Assembly (NCBI GenBank): GCA_020536535.1
Contig: JAHLWZ010000928.1
Span: 1-44,632, forward strand
Origin: Pelomyxa schiedti
Taxonomy: Eukaryota; Protista; Evosea
Reading direction: 5' to 3'
DNA length: 44,632 nt
The notes beneath the pieces are model-generated. The model was given only the letters and a program-made list of their open reading frames with translations. It did no database searches and was not told the DNA's origin. Positions 19,818 to 32,385 of the stretch are shown in pieces. Made by a program: the position numbers and the translations under genes. The first letter of the stretch is position 1. Each line of letters opens with the position of its first letter.

Positions 19818-22800
19818 TCACAGAAGACCGAAGTTTGGCTCCTCGTCGTCGCCGAACAGGATGTCAACGTAGTTGTTTGCTTCATCCGGCAGTGAGTCGG
19901 CGTCTGTTCTCTGATTCGGCTTCGTCACTCCGGCGTGTGTTGTGGTTGTTGAAGTTGTTGCATCTGCTTCTAGGGATGATGTTGATGTTGCGTGGGCCCC
20001 GGGAAGCTGCTGTTGGGGCGGTGGGGGATTGCGGGGTGATGTCGTCCTTCTGACTTTTGGTTCATCGTGATGCGGTGCTGCTGCTTCTTCTTCATCGTCA
20101 TTGGTTGGGAGTGGAGGGCTCCTTTTTGTGCCGGCAAGTTCCGGCTCGCGTGCATTTTCGTCGCCGCTGCTTATTGATTCAGAGTCGTCGGCCTTTGGTT
20201 CCTCGTCGTATTGTTGCTGGTCATGTGGCGAATTAGAAGGTGCTGTCTCTTCATTAAGGTCGAGTGTATCATCACCATCATCATTCTCCTCATCAGAGGG
20301 CAATGTATGACTTGAGCTTGTAGTAGTGTTATTTATGACGGTTGCAGCTCCTGTTTGTTCCTCTTCTTCCACGGCTTCTGCTTCTGCTATATCTTCCTCT
20401 TCATCGCGGGGGTCATTCCCCTCATCGTCAGTATTGCTTTGTGCCGGAATCGAGTTGTTAAGGGCGATCTTATTACTTGCCGCTGAACCCGCTGGGCTCC
20501 TTGGGAATAGCATCTCTAATTGGTCAAAATACAGAATCTCGTCTCCAAGTTTGCGCACAGCCGACTTGTTGTGAGTAATGTGTTGCCAGGTAGAATTTCC
20601 ACTGAGAGTTTGTAAGTGACCAACAATTATCAGGTGATTCCTTGCACGTGTAATCGCAACGTTGAGTCTTCGGGCAGATTCTGTGAACCCCAGTTTGGTT
20701 GTCCGGACACTTGTTAGTATTATCAGATCTATGAGTGGATGAGAAGAAAAGATCAATTTGAATTTCCTGAAACCTTTTTCAGCACCTTGAAAGGCGTCAA
20801 CAGTTGATACCTGGGTATGGTTTAATGCAATTTATTTCTTAATTTAATATTAGTACCTGAATGAGATCGTAATCGTAAGGTTTGGTAGAGCCATTCCTTG
20901 TTGGTGAGTCTTGTGTTACGCTGTTCACGATGTGCGCGGAGTCTTGTGCTGTACTGTGAGTGGATAAAGATGCTAGTTGTTCAAAAATTCTATCTGCTTG
21001 TGCCTTATCTTTTCAATCGTGTTACAATCGCTTAGATTTGAATAACAAACATAATGCAATAATGCCAATTGATTCTGGTGGCACATCATTTTTAGCGAGC
21101 ATTCGTACAATGTGAACTATAATAGTGGCTTGTATTTGGTAAGTGATGCACATCACAAACAACATAATATACTCTCGTATTTGTTTTGGAAGCTTCCAGA
21201 TTTATCCATTTGTTCCTGCAGGTGGGTTTACCTTCCAATAAAACAGTAGCAAGAGACAGAAGGAATACCGCTCCTCTGTCAGCATTGACAACAAGTAAAG
21301 GGGGAAGGCCTTCAACAAGAGGAGGTCTATCATTGCAGGTTATCCCATCAACGAGCTGGCCATGATAAAAAAGCTCACTGGCTATTCCTGACAGCCATGG
21401 GTGACACTAAAAAGATTAGTTCGGAAATGTTAGAATATTCTACTCTGTATTGTGCCCGGAGCATTATAGGTGTGACCCCTGCATGGGTCATTCGAGTAAA
21501 CAGTGTCTTCGAAAGACCAGCTTAAGGTTATGTATTAAAAGCTTTTTCCTTGTTGAGAAGTGATACAATCATCAGAGGAGTTTCCAAAATTCGATAGTAA
21601 TACAGGCGATAGCTGCATTGGATCTCCAACTGCTATCTGATAATTTTCTTAAAAAGAATTTCCTGTATCTCCCTACCAATTTCTGGCATCCAAAACGTGA
21701 CATGGGTAATAAACTAAGTGGTTCCACCTTGATACGAAGTTGGTCAACTGAACTTTTTGTGGTCACACACCAATTGACTTGACTCATCAAGAATGACAAT
21801 TTCGAATTGCATATTATCAAGTACTTTGAAAGGACAAGCAGCACATGTGGCACCTTGCTCATTTAGTCAGAGAGCCAATGTAATTCTACCCACCAACGAC
21901 ATGAACAGATTTCAGGAGGTCTTGTTTCACTTTATGCCGCAAATTTTTAAGTTCTCTATCAACCTTAACTCAATGTTATTGTTGACTGCCTCAAATAGAA
22001 CATGTTACGCACAGCTTCTTTTTCTGCTCTACTGATGTGGGATTCTTTCTTCCTTTCTTCTAAACGGCGTCTTGCTTGGTTCTCGTCACCGCCAGTAGCT
22101 TCACTGTGTAGGGAATATGGAAGTATCTCCCGAGCAATCTTTTTCACATTCCCAACACGGATGAAATCGGTAAAGTCAAGCTGTAGTAGCGCCCCCATCA
22201 CTCTGTCAACTGTCCCATTAAGTTTACGCAGTGATAATAGTATAGCAGAACCAGCAGTGTTGGTGGATGCGGCTATTAAGAGATGACTATCGGCTCCTTT
22301 AGTGTGTTCGAGTATTTGATTCATGAAAACGACAATCACCTGGAGCAGGAGGGAAGTGCATGGAGAAAATTTGAATAGAGATACATACAGCAATAAGGAA
22401 GCTCTAGATAGCGAGTGAGAAGTTTGGAAACTAGACTGGTCATGCGTGTTACCTTTCCAGCACCAAATACTCCATGGACTAATATACAGGGATTGCTGCA
22501 TCGACCTTCACCAAACCATGAAGTGCATTCCATCAGTACCCTTTAAAAAAATAAACATCTGTGATGAATGGGGGACTATAACCTAGTTTGGTCCTCATTT
22601 AGGTTATACTTTATAGCTGTCTCCTTGGCAAGGGCCAAAATCTCTGTGGTGGAGAGATCCACGTGTATTGGTTCTGTGTCTTTGGAGGATAACGGTGCGA
22701 CAGGATGTGTACCGAGAAGCCTATTGATTATTGGTGGCGGACTGGTGGTTAATTTGTGAAGAGTTTCTACAAATAAAGCATTAGTAACCACAGAAATTAT

Positions 22801-25230
22801 TTGGAGTACCAAGCATTGCCATCTCCGTCGAAGTATTCATGGCATGTATTGCATGCACTAAAAGGCACATAACGGTAAGTGCGCTACAAGGTATGTATAT
22901 AATGAACCAGTGGTGCCAAGCTTTAGTAAGCCCTGGGAGTTTTCATCTAGCAACTTGATCTGGGAATACTTGTTAAAGAGTCCCTTGGTGAAAGGTAGAA
23001 GTAGCACCTCTAGGTGTCCAGCATTTGTGGGCCCGTGGAAAGCGCTTTTTGCAAGGAACGTCTGAGCACTTATAAATGACGGAGAGGTGGATATAATCCA
23101 AATGTCATCTGCCGTAGGTTGGCTTGTAAATTTGGAGTAGCAGTCAAACCTTTCATATATGCAGATGCAGGCTCCAGGTTTTTCAAAGTCAGAAAAAGGG
23201 ATTTTTTGGCTGGAGTGATGTTATTACGATGTTTGGCAAATTTGCCACCTCTCTTATGTTCAGTGGAAGTGGATGTAGTTCTGGCATTTTGTTAGAACTT
23301 CACATGATGGTAAGGGCAACTTGGAAACTAATTCCACGTTGAAGTAGACATGGACCCCCTGCTGCCTGAAGAGAACCTGACTCTCATAAGAGGGAGTTAT
23401 CTCTGGATGCTTCAACAGCACAGAAGCTGATGTTCCACCCTTAGGCGGTTCCAGCCAACGCCAACAGCCTTAAATTTTTTATTGTTACAAGTCAATACGC
23501 ACTGATTACAGACCTTTTGGGCATTTGTAGAATAGTCTCCCTTTATTTGGTCCATCTTTGTTGACTGTGTAGAGTTTCTCACCATGCGGGCAACCTTTCC
23601 CTAAATGGGGCATTGAAAGTTAATGTCAGATCGCTCATATTCATTTACCCTTATTTGCTAGGCTTGGAGCAACCAGATCGCATGCAGAGTAAAACCTTTA
23701 GAAGGTTTACAATACACCTTGTTAAATGACTTACTTCTCTGCAATTTGTTTCATCAGAAGTGCGAGTTCCATAACTAAGGCTTGTGAAAAACCTGAAAAC
23801 AATATGAGGAGACACATGGTAGAGAATCTATGAAACATTTCGAGTATTGAGAAGCGGAGTTAAATGTATCAGGAATTTCAATGCTAACTGTGGACTTCTG
23901 TCTGGATTCTTCAAGAGTTGGGAATCGTAACCCTGAAGTGCTGTTATGACTGTGAGCTTGAGGTTTTCTTTTTTTGCATAAAAATCATTCCAGACTTGAT
24001 GGGAGGCTCTTTTGAGAAGGGTGTCTGAAAGCTTCTGTTTTCATGAGGCTTGGGCGATGTCAAGGAGGAAGATTTTACAAAGGGTAGTGCAAATTTGTTT
24101 GTGGATTGCTGTGTGACTTTTGTTTGTGTTGGGATCGTGCCTGATGTGCAACGCTGACCACAATTTGTTGGTGCTGGTAAAACAACAGGGGGATTGGTGT
24201 TTGTTTTGGTGGCCTTTTCCCCCTTGAGCAGGGAGAGAATATCAGAGACTGCAAAAAAGAAAACCCTTACCAAGCTGGTAGAAGGTAAGGAAATAACCTG
24301 AACGGTGGTTCTCTATTGTCTTTATTGGAGTAATAGGGTCATTTACATCACTTGTATTTTCGAAATCTGCACTAAGGGGTGCAACTGGCAACTGTTGCTC
24401 GGTGGGAATATGTTGTGACAGGTTGGGAGCAGGATGTTTTGCCGGAGGGTTAAACTGATTGCTTGCACTGGATGAAGACGCTTTTGTGTTGAGTGTGGAA
24501 GTCTTTAGAGTTGTTTGTGTTTTTGTTGTGACTCGAGATGTACTGGAGGTTTCAGGTGCATTCATTGAGGCGGGAGCTTTGTCAGTGCGAAATGGTGTTT
24601 TAAACTGTGAACATTATGGGTAGGAATCAAAAAACCAACATACACACAGGAACTTTATACAAAGAGGAAACTTTAGGAAGCTGTGCTGCTACATAACTGA
24701 GTTAGAGATTTTTTTGCAAAAATAACAGACGTAAGGTTGGCACAGATTTGGTTGAACAGCTTGTAATAGTGGAAGCAGCAGTGGGCAAAGTGGGTTGTGG
24801 TGCTGTTGTAAACACTTCTTCATCAATTGAGACAACCCACCGTTCAAGTGTAATTTCTCCACCAACCTCCACAGGGCGGGACATGAATTCGCTGTAAAAT
24901 AGTAAAGAATCATAGAATATTGTGAGGTTAAATATTTCTAGCCATATCAATTAAAAAATGAATTTAACAAGGAAAAACAGCAGTAAGAATAAAGAAACAT
25001 TTGAGTCCCAATTTGACCCACCTGTCCAACACTGTGCCCTGTTGTCGTAAGTCAAAATTAATAAGGGAGCAAGGGAGGGGCTATGTTACGTTGAAATCTC
25101 GCAGAGTGACTTTCTTGTTGTCTGGATTAAATACAAGTGTGCCATCCATGTACTTTCTTTGTTTGATGGGTTTGGCATATGTCACGTTAAATCGCCTGAC
25201 ATTCGTCGCCACGCTGGCAGGCTTCGACAT
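19818..25230 (-). CDS. ZGRF1: ZGRF1-like superfamily-1 helicase (DUF2439 N-terminus, GRF-type motif, UPF1-like helicase); multi-exon
   Basis: MSKP...RFNVTYAKPIKQRKYMDGTL (DUF2439-like), DGPNKGRLFYKCPK (GRF), DDIWIIS...SAFHGP, ILVHGVFGAGK (Walker A), FIRVGNVKKIAREILPYSLH, VSTVDAFQGAEK and RRLNVAITRARNHLIIVG, then an acidic tail. Confidence 0.85.
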
Positions 25231-25514
25231 CCAGCAGGCAAAACAACACGAAATTAAATCTCTTACTCTACAGGTGATTGGTGCTGTGTATTCTCCGCAA
25301 CACAACACCTCCTTGCCCTGCTGGAACTCCCGCAGCATTCTTCTCAGTGAGTCCTCACAGGGAGATTGAGAATCTGCAATCATCTCAAAGGAATGGGCAA
25401 TTACAGCAATTCGCTTCTCGTGTTTATTGTGTGTACGGTAGTTGCCTGCTCGGCCGTGTGAGTCGGTTTTTGTTTTTTTTCCCCTCTGTTGGAGTAAGAG
25501 GCACGGCAAGACAA
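25231..25514. promoter_or_regulatory. Probable bidirectional promoter
   Basis: About 285 nt between the divergent predicted starts of the helicase and the HECT ligase. Confidence 0.4.
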
Positions 25515-28245
25515 ATGTTATTTCCTGGTGAAACACAAAGACGTGGCCCGCAGGCCACGAGATCCACTTTAACGCGGGCGGAACTGCTGGAGCGTGCACA
25601 GGTATCGCTTGTAACTCACACTCACACGATCTACGAGATTTTTCTATCGCTGTTGTCATTCCTAACTTGAGAAACAGAGGGAGAGGGAACAGCGAGAAAC
25701 GCAAAGAATGAAGGCGACCTTGGCTTTATCGATTGAAGCATGTGCACGAGCGTGTGTCCCTCTTTCTCGATTTTCTTTCTCTGACCGCGAGGATCTATCT
25801 CTCATACAGGAAATTATCCAGGATAAAAGTCCAAAGAAATGTGTTGGCAGGTGTGAATTTTTGTTCACTCAAACTCAGTTTTGTCTCACGCAGTACTTTG
25901 AAAAGACTTTGATTGTGTGGCATCAGCATCTTCACCACCAACCACAAAGGAAGCCATGGAAGAATTGCTATGCAAGCTGCTATTTGGTCTGAAGTCAACA
26001 GTGTTTGGCTCTCACACATATCCACTCTCACCGAGGAACGCTCTCCGCGTGATTTCATTAGCAAGGCTACTGGCCTTGTGCTTCAAAAGGAAGGGTAATA
26101 TTTCCCTCCTCAGCAACAAGCACCGTATCTCAAGTGAGTGCATCCTTCAGACACAGAAAATGCATTGCTATTGATGACATCTTCTGAGTTGAACGACTCC
26201 TCTTTTTTTCGTCATTTCCGCTGGTTTACTCTGTTATGTAGCAGGGTTCTTCCAGAAGTAGCGTATGTCCCTTGAATTTTTACTGCATTCAAGCAGCCCA
26301 TTAAAAGTTGTCACTTTTTAACATTCATTAGCCTTTCAGCTACAGAACCTGTTATCAAGCTCCCTTTGTGGATTATTGAGTTTTGTACTATTCCACACAA
26401 TGTGAGCAAACTGCTTCTCGAGATTTCTTCCCCACACGACACTGAGTTGCGGGACATTAATCAGAATGATTGTACCGAACCTTGCAACACTCATTTCAAT
26501 GCAATGACCATAGAACCTGGGCACAGTGCATCTTTGAGTCTTAGCTGCAGTGATAACGTCATAGCAAAAGCACAAACAATATGCTCTGATTTGTCACTGT
26601 TTCTCATAGAAAAAGGCCTTTTAGTTGACATGCGCTTGTATTATGCCGCACTTGTGAGTGATGAAAGCCTCCCTAAGCACGCCCCTGTACTGATGCCTTG
26701 TGTTATCAGGTTTCCACTGGAAGCTCGAATACTGCACATTCTGTCTCATCAAGAATTGTAAATATTGTGGCCAGATTGATTTTGGAGGATTGGTCACCTC
26801 CGGCCGTAAAACAAACTGCCTCCTCTAACTTTTTTTGGTCCTTTTTTGCAATGATTAAGGTGTGATCCTTTTTTCGTACTTAAATACCTAAAATACTTCA
26901 GTTAGATTCCCTTCCACCTTCAGTTCAACCTGTTGTCATATCTTGTGTAATGAATTCCTGGGAGTTGATTGTAGCTTCAGCTCAGCAGTCTAATCTTCTC
27001 CACGAAAATGTAGTCCTGCTTCTTATTGACCTGCATATCTTACAAAAACAGGTTAGCCCTTCAAGCAGTGCCAATTTTTTGGTGGAGAATTTGATACGTA
27101 TTGTACCAGAAGTTGTTGTAAAATTCAGTTACAGGGCAATCAACTTCATGCCATTTCTGTTGCAACGCATCCCAGATTCAGGTATGATAAAGGAGAGAGT
27201 TTTCTCAGTTTTCTCATCTAATGTAAGGGAATCAAACTCTGCCATCTGCGTTGGCCAATGCCATCAAAGAGAAGTGGGATCAATCTGTCATCATCCAAAT
27301 AGCTCATCTTGTTGATGGGGTATTTAATTTGAGTTTTAAGTAGTTCTAATCCCAAATATACGAACAGTATGATGAAAATTCTCCCATTCCCGCTGCGTTG
27401 TATGACATTTGTAGACTATTTTGCCTTTTGACAGATTCCAGGTGAGCTTCCTCCCCTCATTGTCTTGTAAATTCATCGACTTTAGTGAGCTTACTGGGTT
27501 TCAAAACACATTCTTAAATGCCTTGGCAACATCAACCAAATTGCCATGCCTACTGTGGTCCATCATACGTGAATCAAACTATATAGCAAATTTGTTTCGT
27601 CAATACACCGGAAGAAGTAAGAGGAAGGGGATTGTGGTAATGAATTTTGACCTGTCCAACAGTTTCCAATAATAACCTCAGAGTTGTTCATCTTTGGCTT
27701 AAACTCTATTCATGGGTGAGATAACTTCATTCAATGAGCCACTGCTCTGACTGTTTTATCCCTTGTCAAGGTACTAAGGATAATTGACGATGAAGAGTTC
27801 TCCAAAGATAAACTAGTGAGACAAGAAGAAGTTCCTCACTTAGTCACAGCATTGAAAGTATGCCTGACAGCCACTGCACATACTTCTCTCAAAAACAAAA
27901 ATATTCTTAAAAAGAATGCTGCATGCTTGTTGTACTCCGCAGATAAACTTTATTTACACCTAGAAGAACTCAAAGGGCCCATCACTGTTGTACTAAGGCA
28001 ACTTTATGACCGGAAGTATGCCTACTCTTGCAGTATTCTTGTTATTTACACAATTTTGCAAAAGTTGCCGGCTGAAATTCTGTGACCCACAACTATGGGA
28101 GGCTCCATCTGGGCTTTCATTCAGTCCCAACATTCTCTCCACAATTCCGTTTGTGCTTCCTTTCAATAGAAGAGTCAAGCTTTTTGAAGACACTTTAGAG
28201 GAGGAAAAAGCCTCAAGGTGGCTTTTCTTCAAATTTTCTTTCTTT

Positions 28246-28287
<42 letters not shown>

Positions 28288-30045
28288 CTTTTTTTTTTTT
28301 TCACCTCCCAAAAAAAGTGGAAGAGCCCATCCAGAAAATACCCGTCACGTGGTGATAAGAAGAAATTACCTTGTGGATGATGCTTTTTCAAACTTGAATC
28401 CCCTTGGTAGTTACTTTTCTTTTTATTCAGTAGTAAGTAAAAGTTTATTACAGGTCCTCTCCTGAAAGGCCTGATTAGGATAGAGTATATAAATGAGAAT
28501 GGCCTTCCCGAGGTTTTTTCACCCCAAAGACATTGCACCACACCAACTTCACAACCGATTCCAATAAATAAACAAGTTTCCCTTGTGTAACAATGGTCTT
28601 AGGCAGGAATCGACGGTGGAGGTCTCACGAAAGATTTTCTGACCAAGTAATATATTTCACCAAATTTATGTCCCATTTAATGAGCACGCAAAACCATCAG
28701 ATTAGCGTCAGCAGCATTTGACCCAAGATACGGCTTGTTTCAAGTATAAAAAACCTTTTATTCCTTTCCTGGTTTTGACTCCTACAAGGCAAGTTGTGTG
28801 GATAGAGCTCTGTACCCGAGTACTATTGAGCAATCAGGTGCTTTTGACCCTGTTTAACACTCCAACTTAACTCCAGCAGAATCCAGGCTCAATCACTTCA
28901 AGTTCCTTGGGCGAATTCTTGGCAAATGTTTGTACGAAAGAATTTTGATAGATTTACCAATATCCAAATTTTTCCTTGCTAAAATCCTGGGCAAAGAGCA
29001 TTTCGGTACTTTTTTAATGGCATCCATTGTTTCTAAAACTTGTTTTTCCACAAAGGGTCACCACTGAATGATTTATCACTTGTGGATCAACAGTTTTATA
29101 AAAACCTGAAGTCTCTGAAGTACATAAGTGATGTGGAGTCTCTAAACCTTAACTTCGTTGTGGTTGAAAACAGTTTAAATGGTAAGAGCCTGCCTCTGAC
29201 TTGCACAACAAAACGTTATTCACTCACGAAATTAAAATTAAATTTGTAGATGTAGATGAATGTAAAATAACAGAACTCGTTCCCAATGGAACGAATATGA
29301 TTGTGACAAACGAGAACAAAGAGCGATATGTATGTGTGATGCCACCCAGATTAGACTGTCTCATTCTCTTCCCCAGATACATCTTCTTGCGGATTATATT
29401 GTAAACTTACGAATAAAGAAAGAATCAGCAGCTTTTCTTGCTGGCCTCAATGACTTGATTCACCCTGGTAAAAATAATGATTTTGTATGAAATAGGAATT
29501 GATCTCAACACAAACATCAATACCACCAAGAGTGGCTCTACCTGTTTAATGAAGAGGAACTGCAACTTCTTATCAGTGGATCACCACTTGGCATTGACAT
29601 TCTTGATTGGAGATCACATACCAAGGCAATTTTGTGTAATTTCCTCAGTTTAAAACTTACTCCTTGGCAGTATGCCGGTGTGTACCACGACTCCCATCCG
29701 GTCATAAACTGGTTTTGGGAGTGCGTGGCCTCAATGGGACCAAAGGAGCAAGCTGATCTTCTCACTTTCTCAACAGGCTGCCCGCGGGTTTGTATAAAAT
29801 CCCGTTCATTCCTGCACGCCCCCTAACATTACCATTTCCAGCCACCACTGCTTGGGTTCGGGCACCTTCAACCGTCGTATTGCATACAGTCCACAGTGAG
29901 CACCGGAATGGAGGCGGACATACATCTTCCCACAGCCTCCACGTGCATGAACTTACTGAAACTGCCGCAGTTCTCCAGCCCCGACACCCTGAAACAAAAA
30001 GTACTGTATGCCGTGCAAGCTGGCGCTGGTTTTGAGCTCAGCTGA
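25515..30045 (+). CDS. UBE3B/UBE3C-like HECT E3 ubiquitin ligase with degenerate N-terminal IQ-like motif; multi-exon
   Basis: N-terminus MLFPGETQRR...AELLERAQ/REREQRETQRMKATLALSIEACAR. HECT: GIDGGGLTKDF, FKFLGRILGKCLYERILID, ELVPNG, FNEEELQLLISG, VINWFWE...LLTFSTGCPR, LPTASTCMNLLKLP...AGFELS* (catalytic Cys present). Confidence 0.9.
28234..28301 (+). repeat. Poly-T tract in a HECT-gene intron
   Basis: Pure T run 28248-28287 plus flanking T runs. Confidence 0.9.
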
Positions 30046-30460
30046 GAAGCTCAAGAACACACAGGGAAGCCGCAGTTCATCAAACAAACAGCCAACTGGT
30101 TAGATAAGCACAAAACGGCGTATGATCGATTTTCAGGCGGGTGATCTTTTTTTGAGTCCTCTGTGATTGTCCTTTTTCCAAAATACGAATTATTTTGTCC
30201 TCTTAACTTTCTTTGGTGTTGATTTGCCTGGTAGTGGTGTGGTTCTTTGAAGGGCCAATGAGAGGAAAAACTCAAGTTTTCTTGAGAAAGTTAAACAGAG
30301 TTGAGTCTACAATTACGAATGAATCACATTTCAAAACGTTCAAATCATGGAGAACCCAGTCTTGTGGACAAGCCACACTAGTCCAGAATTCCCTTATTTG
30401 GACCAGCCGGGCTAGTCATTCTTTCTCCCGCGGCCGAGGCACCGTGCAATGCTGAGCTAA

Positions 30461-30810
30461 GCCACATTAAGAGAGTTTCTTGTAGTTGCACTTTTTCTTC
30501 TTTATTCTCAAACCGCGCCTCCAGTCCCCAACAGTGAAGTTCAGTGCCTGGCCAATCCTGTTGGACTCCAATCCACGAAAGCAGCCAAGTGGCTCATCAA
30601 CCAACACGTCACACTTGTCAACAACGCAATTCTATTCAAGCTTATAACGCGGGGTCAAGGGAACTGTGCAGAGTGGTACATCAACAAGTTCCACATGAGG
30701 CACCTTCTTCATCGCTCTTTCTCACATCGCACCTGGTTAAAGAGAGGTTCCTTCCACTGGTGTGTAAATAATTGCCATGAAGGGGTTCCCATTTCTACTG
30801 ACCACAGATG
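30461..30810 (+). pseudogene. Relic of an ankyrin-like/helical repeat gene
   Basis: Open frame without an upstream ATG: STKAAKWLINQHVTLVNNAILFKLITRGQGNCAEWYINKF. The preceding sequence in the same frame contains stops. Confidence 0.3.
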
Positions 30811-32160
30811 ACATCTTGCACGCCATCATTTCTTCAACTCCTGAATCTCGTAGCGAGGAAAATGATGAGTGTCACAGCACAGTCACAATTCATGGCTCTG
30901 TTGATGGCATCGCACCCTCGTTGCGGTGCGAATTCTACTATGTTTCTGTACTCATCATCACGAAACTTGGTTGTTTGCGACACCACCATCACCACATCGA
31001 CGGTTTCGCCATCTCCCGAGACGACCACGACAGTTCTTGTTGGCAAGGGGAACCGCGATTATGGGATGGAGCGTGGTTTCGTGGTGTCGGTTGCGCGCGT
31101 TGTGTGGTCCTACGTCATCGAATTTGGGCCCGTGGTGAAAATCATTGCGACTGCCCGAGGATCGAACTTCCACGTGTGCGTGTCACCTCTGCTCATGTCA
31201 TTGATCAGGCCGCCGGAATTCCCAGACTACGTGAATGGGGTATGGCTGGATCCCAACAGGATTCTAGTGACGAAAACCAAGTACTCCGAAGAGTGTGGAT
31301 TGGTGCATGAGGTTCGCATCAAAAGCCTCACGCCCAAGTCGAAGGTGTGCCTGTTGAGGCAAACGAGGGACTCTGTCCAGTGGTGTGCAAACAAAAAGTG
31401 GATTGTGCTGCATGGAAAAAGTTCTGGTGATACCAGTGGGTCTGATGTGACCATCCTGGCAACTCCCAAACCAGGGCAGCATCATGAAACCACCGCTGTG
31501 ACAGTGCCGATTGGTGGTTCTCTGATGAATAGAGGCCGTCCCGCTGGTGTCAGGATGTGGTTTGGGCTGTTCGATCTCAAGGTTTTTTTTATGGCCCTTA
31601 CTTGGGTGCACCATGAAAGGGATGCAATGTGGTTGGTGGTAGATGTTGAGAAGACCTATTCATCACAGAGCCTCTGTGTTATATCTTCAACAACATGGGA
31701 ATTTACTGGTGATTATCTTGACAAAGCCTTTACACTCAAATTACGAGAAGGGGCGTTGTGCATGATCTTCCTGGCCAATTTCTATTTTACCAACGATGCT
31801 GTCTATCGAGTCATGGAAAAGTCTGGAAACTGGGAGAAACTAAGGACAAAGATCCCGGCGCATTACTCTCTTTTAGTATCACAGCTCAACCAGTCCCTGT
31901 TCTGTATTTCCACAACCTCTGCAAGTTCTTTTTCTGAAATCTGGGACTGCAACAACCTGGCAGACCCAATCAAGGTAATCACTTTCGGTGATGATGGAGT
32001 CACTGGAATAGTTGGCGCAACAGCCTGCGGGTTTCTGATACAGTTACACGGATCCTATTTAAGAATGATTGATGCTTCCTCAGGCTGTTGTGTTCTCCAA
32101 ATGACACAGGACAGCGAGTATGAACTAAGGTTCTATGGAGTTTCTTCTGTTGCAGATTAG
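30808..32160 (+). CDS. Intronless protein of the HPRCG-motif family (450 aa)
   Basis: Uninterrupted ORF with QFMALLMASHPRCG, VARVVWSYV, VSPLLMSL, NKKW, VVDVEKTYSS, VSQLNQSLFCIS and EIWDCNNLADP. Confidence 0.85.
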   Translation: MTSCTPSFLQLLNLVARKMMSVTAQSQFMALLMASHPRCGANSTMFLYSSSRNLVVCDTTITTSTVSPSPETTTTVLVGKGNRDYGMERGFVVSVARVVWSYVIEFGPVVKIIATARGSNFHVCVSPLLMSLIRPPEFPDYVNGVWLDPNRILVTKTKYSEECGLVHEVRIKSLTPKSKVCLLRQTRDSVQWCANKKWIVLHGKSSGDTSGSDVTILATPKPGQHHETTAVTVPIGGSLMNRGRPAGVRMWFGLFDLKVFFMALTWVHHERDAMWLVVDVEKTYSSQSLCVISSTTWEFTGDYLDKAFTLKLREGALCMIFLANFYFTNDAVYRVMEKSGNWEKLRTKIPAHYSLLVSQLNQSLFCISTTSASSFSEIWDCNNLADPIKVITFGDDGVTGIVGATACGFLIQLHGSYLRMIDASSGCCVLQMTQDSEYELRFYGVSSVAD

Positions 32161-32385
32161 TTAACTAATTCTACTTTCAAAGATTTGTGTTGTTAACACC
32201 CGTTCTTGGCGGGAGGGAGCTCGCGTCTGCCAATAACGGATGAAAGGCGATTGTGGGTGGTTTCGTTTTGTGTTCCATGACCCAGATCGATGTCGTTGTT
32301 GTGGCGATGGTGTTGGGGGGTGAAGCTCGGCTAACTCACACTGTGGTCCCACGAGTGCAAAATGATCTGATATCTATATGCTAGA

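Noticed and set aside
25231-25704. Long N-terminal extension of the helicase ORF (25081-25704)
   Set aside because: Overlaps the first HECT exons on the opposite strand; the DUF2439-like domain begins at the ATG at 25230.
27993-28541. Poly-Lys and poly-Phe ORFs
   Set aside because: Artefacts of the intronic poly-T run.
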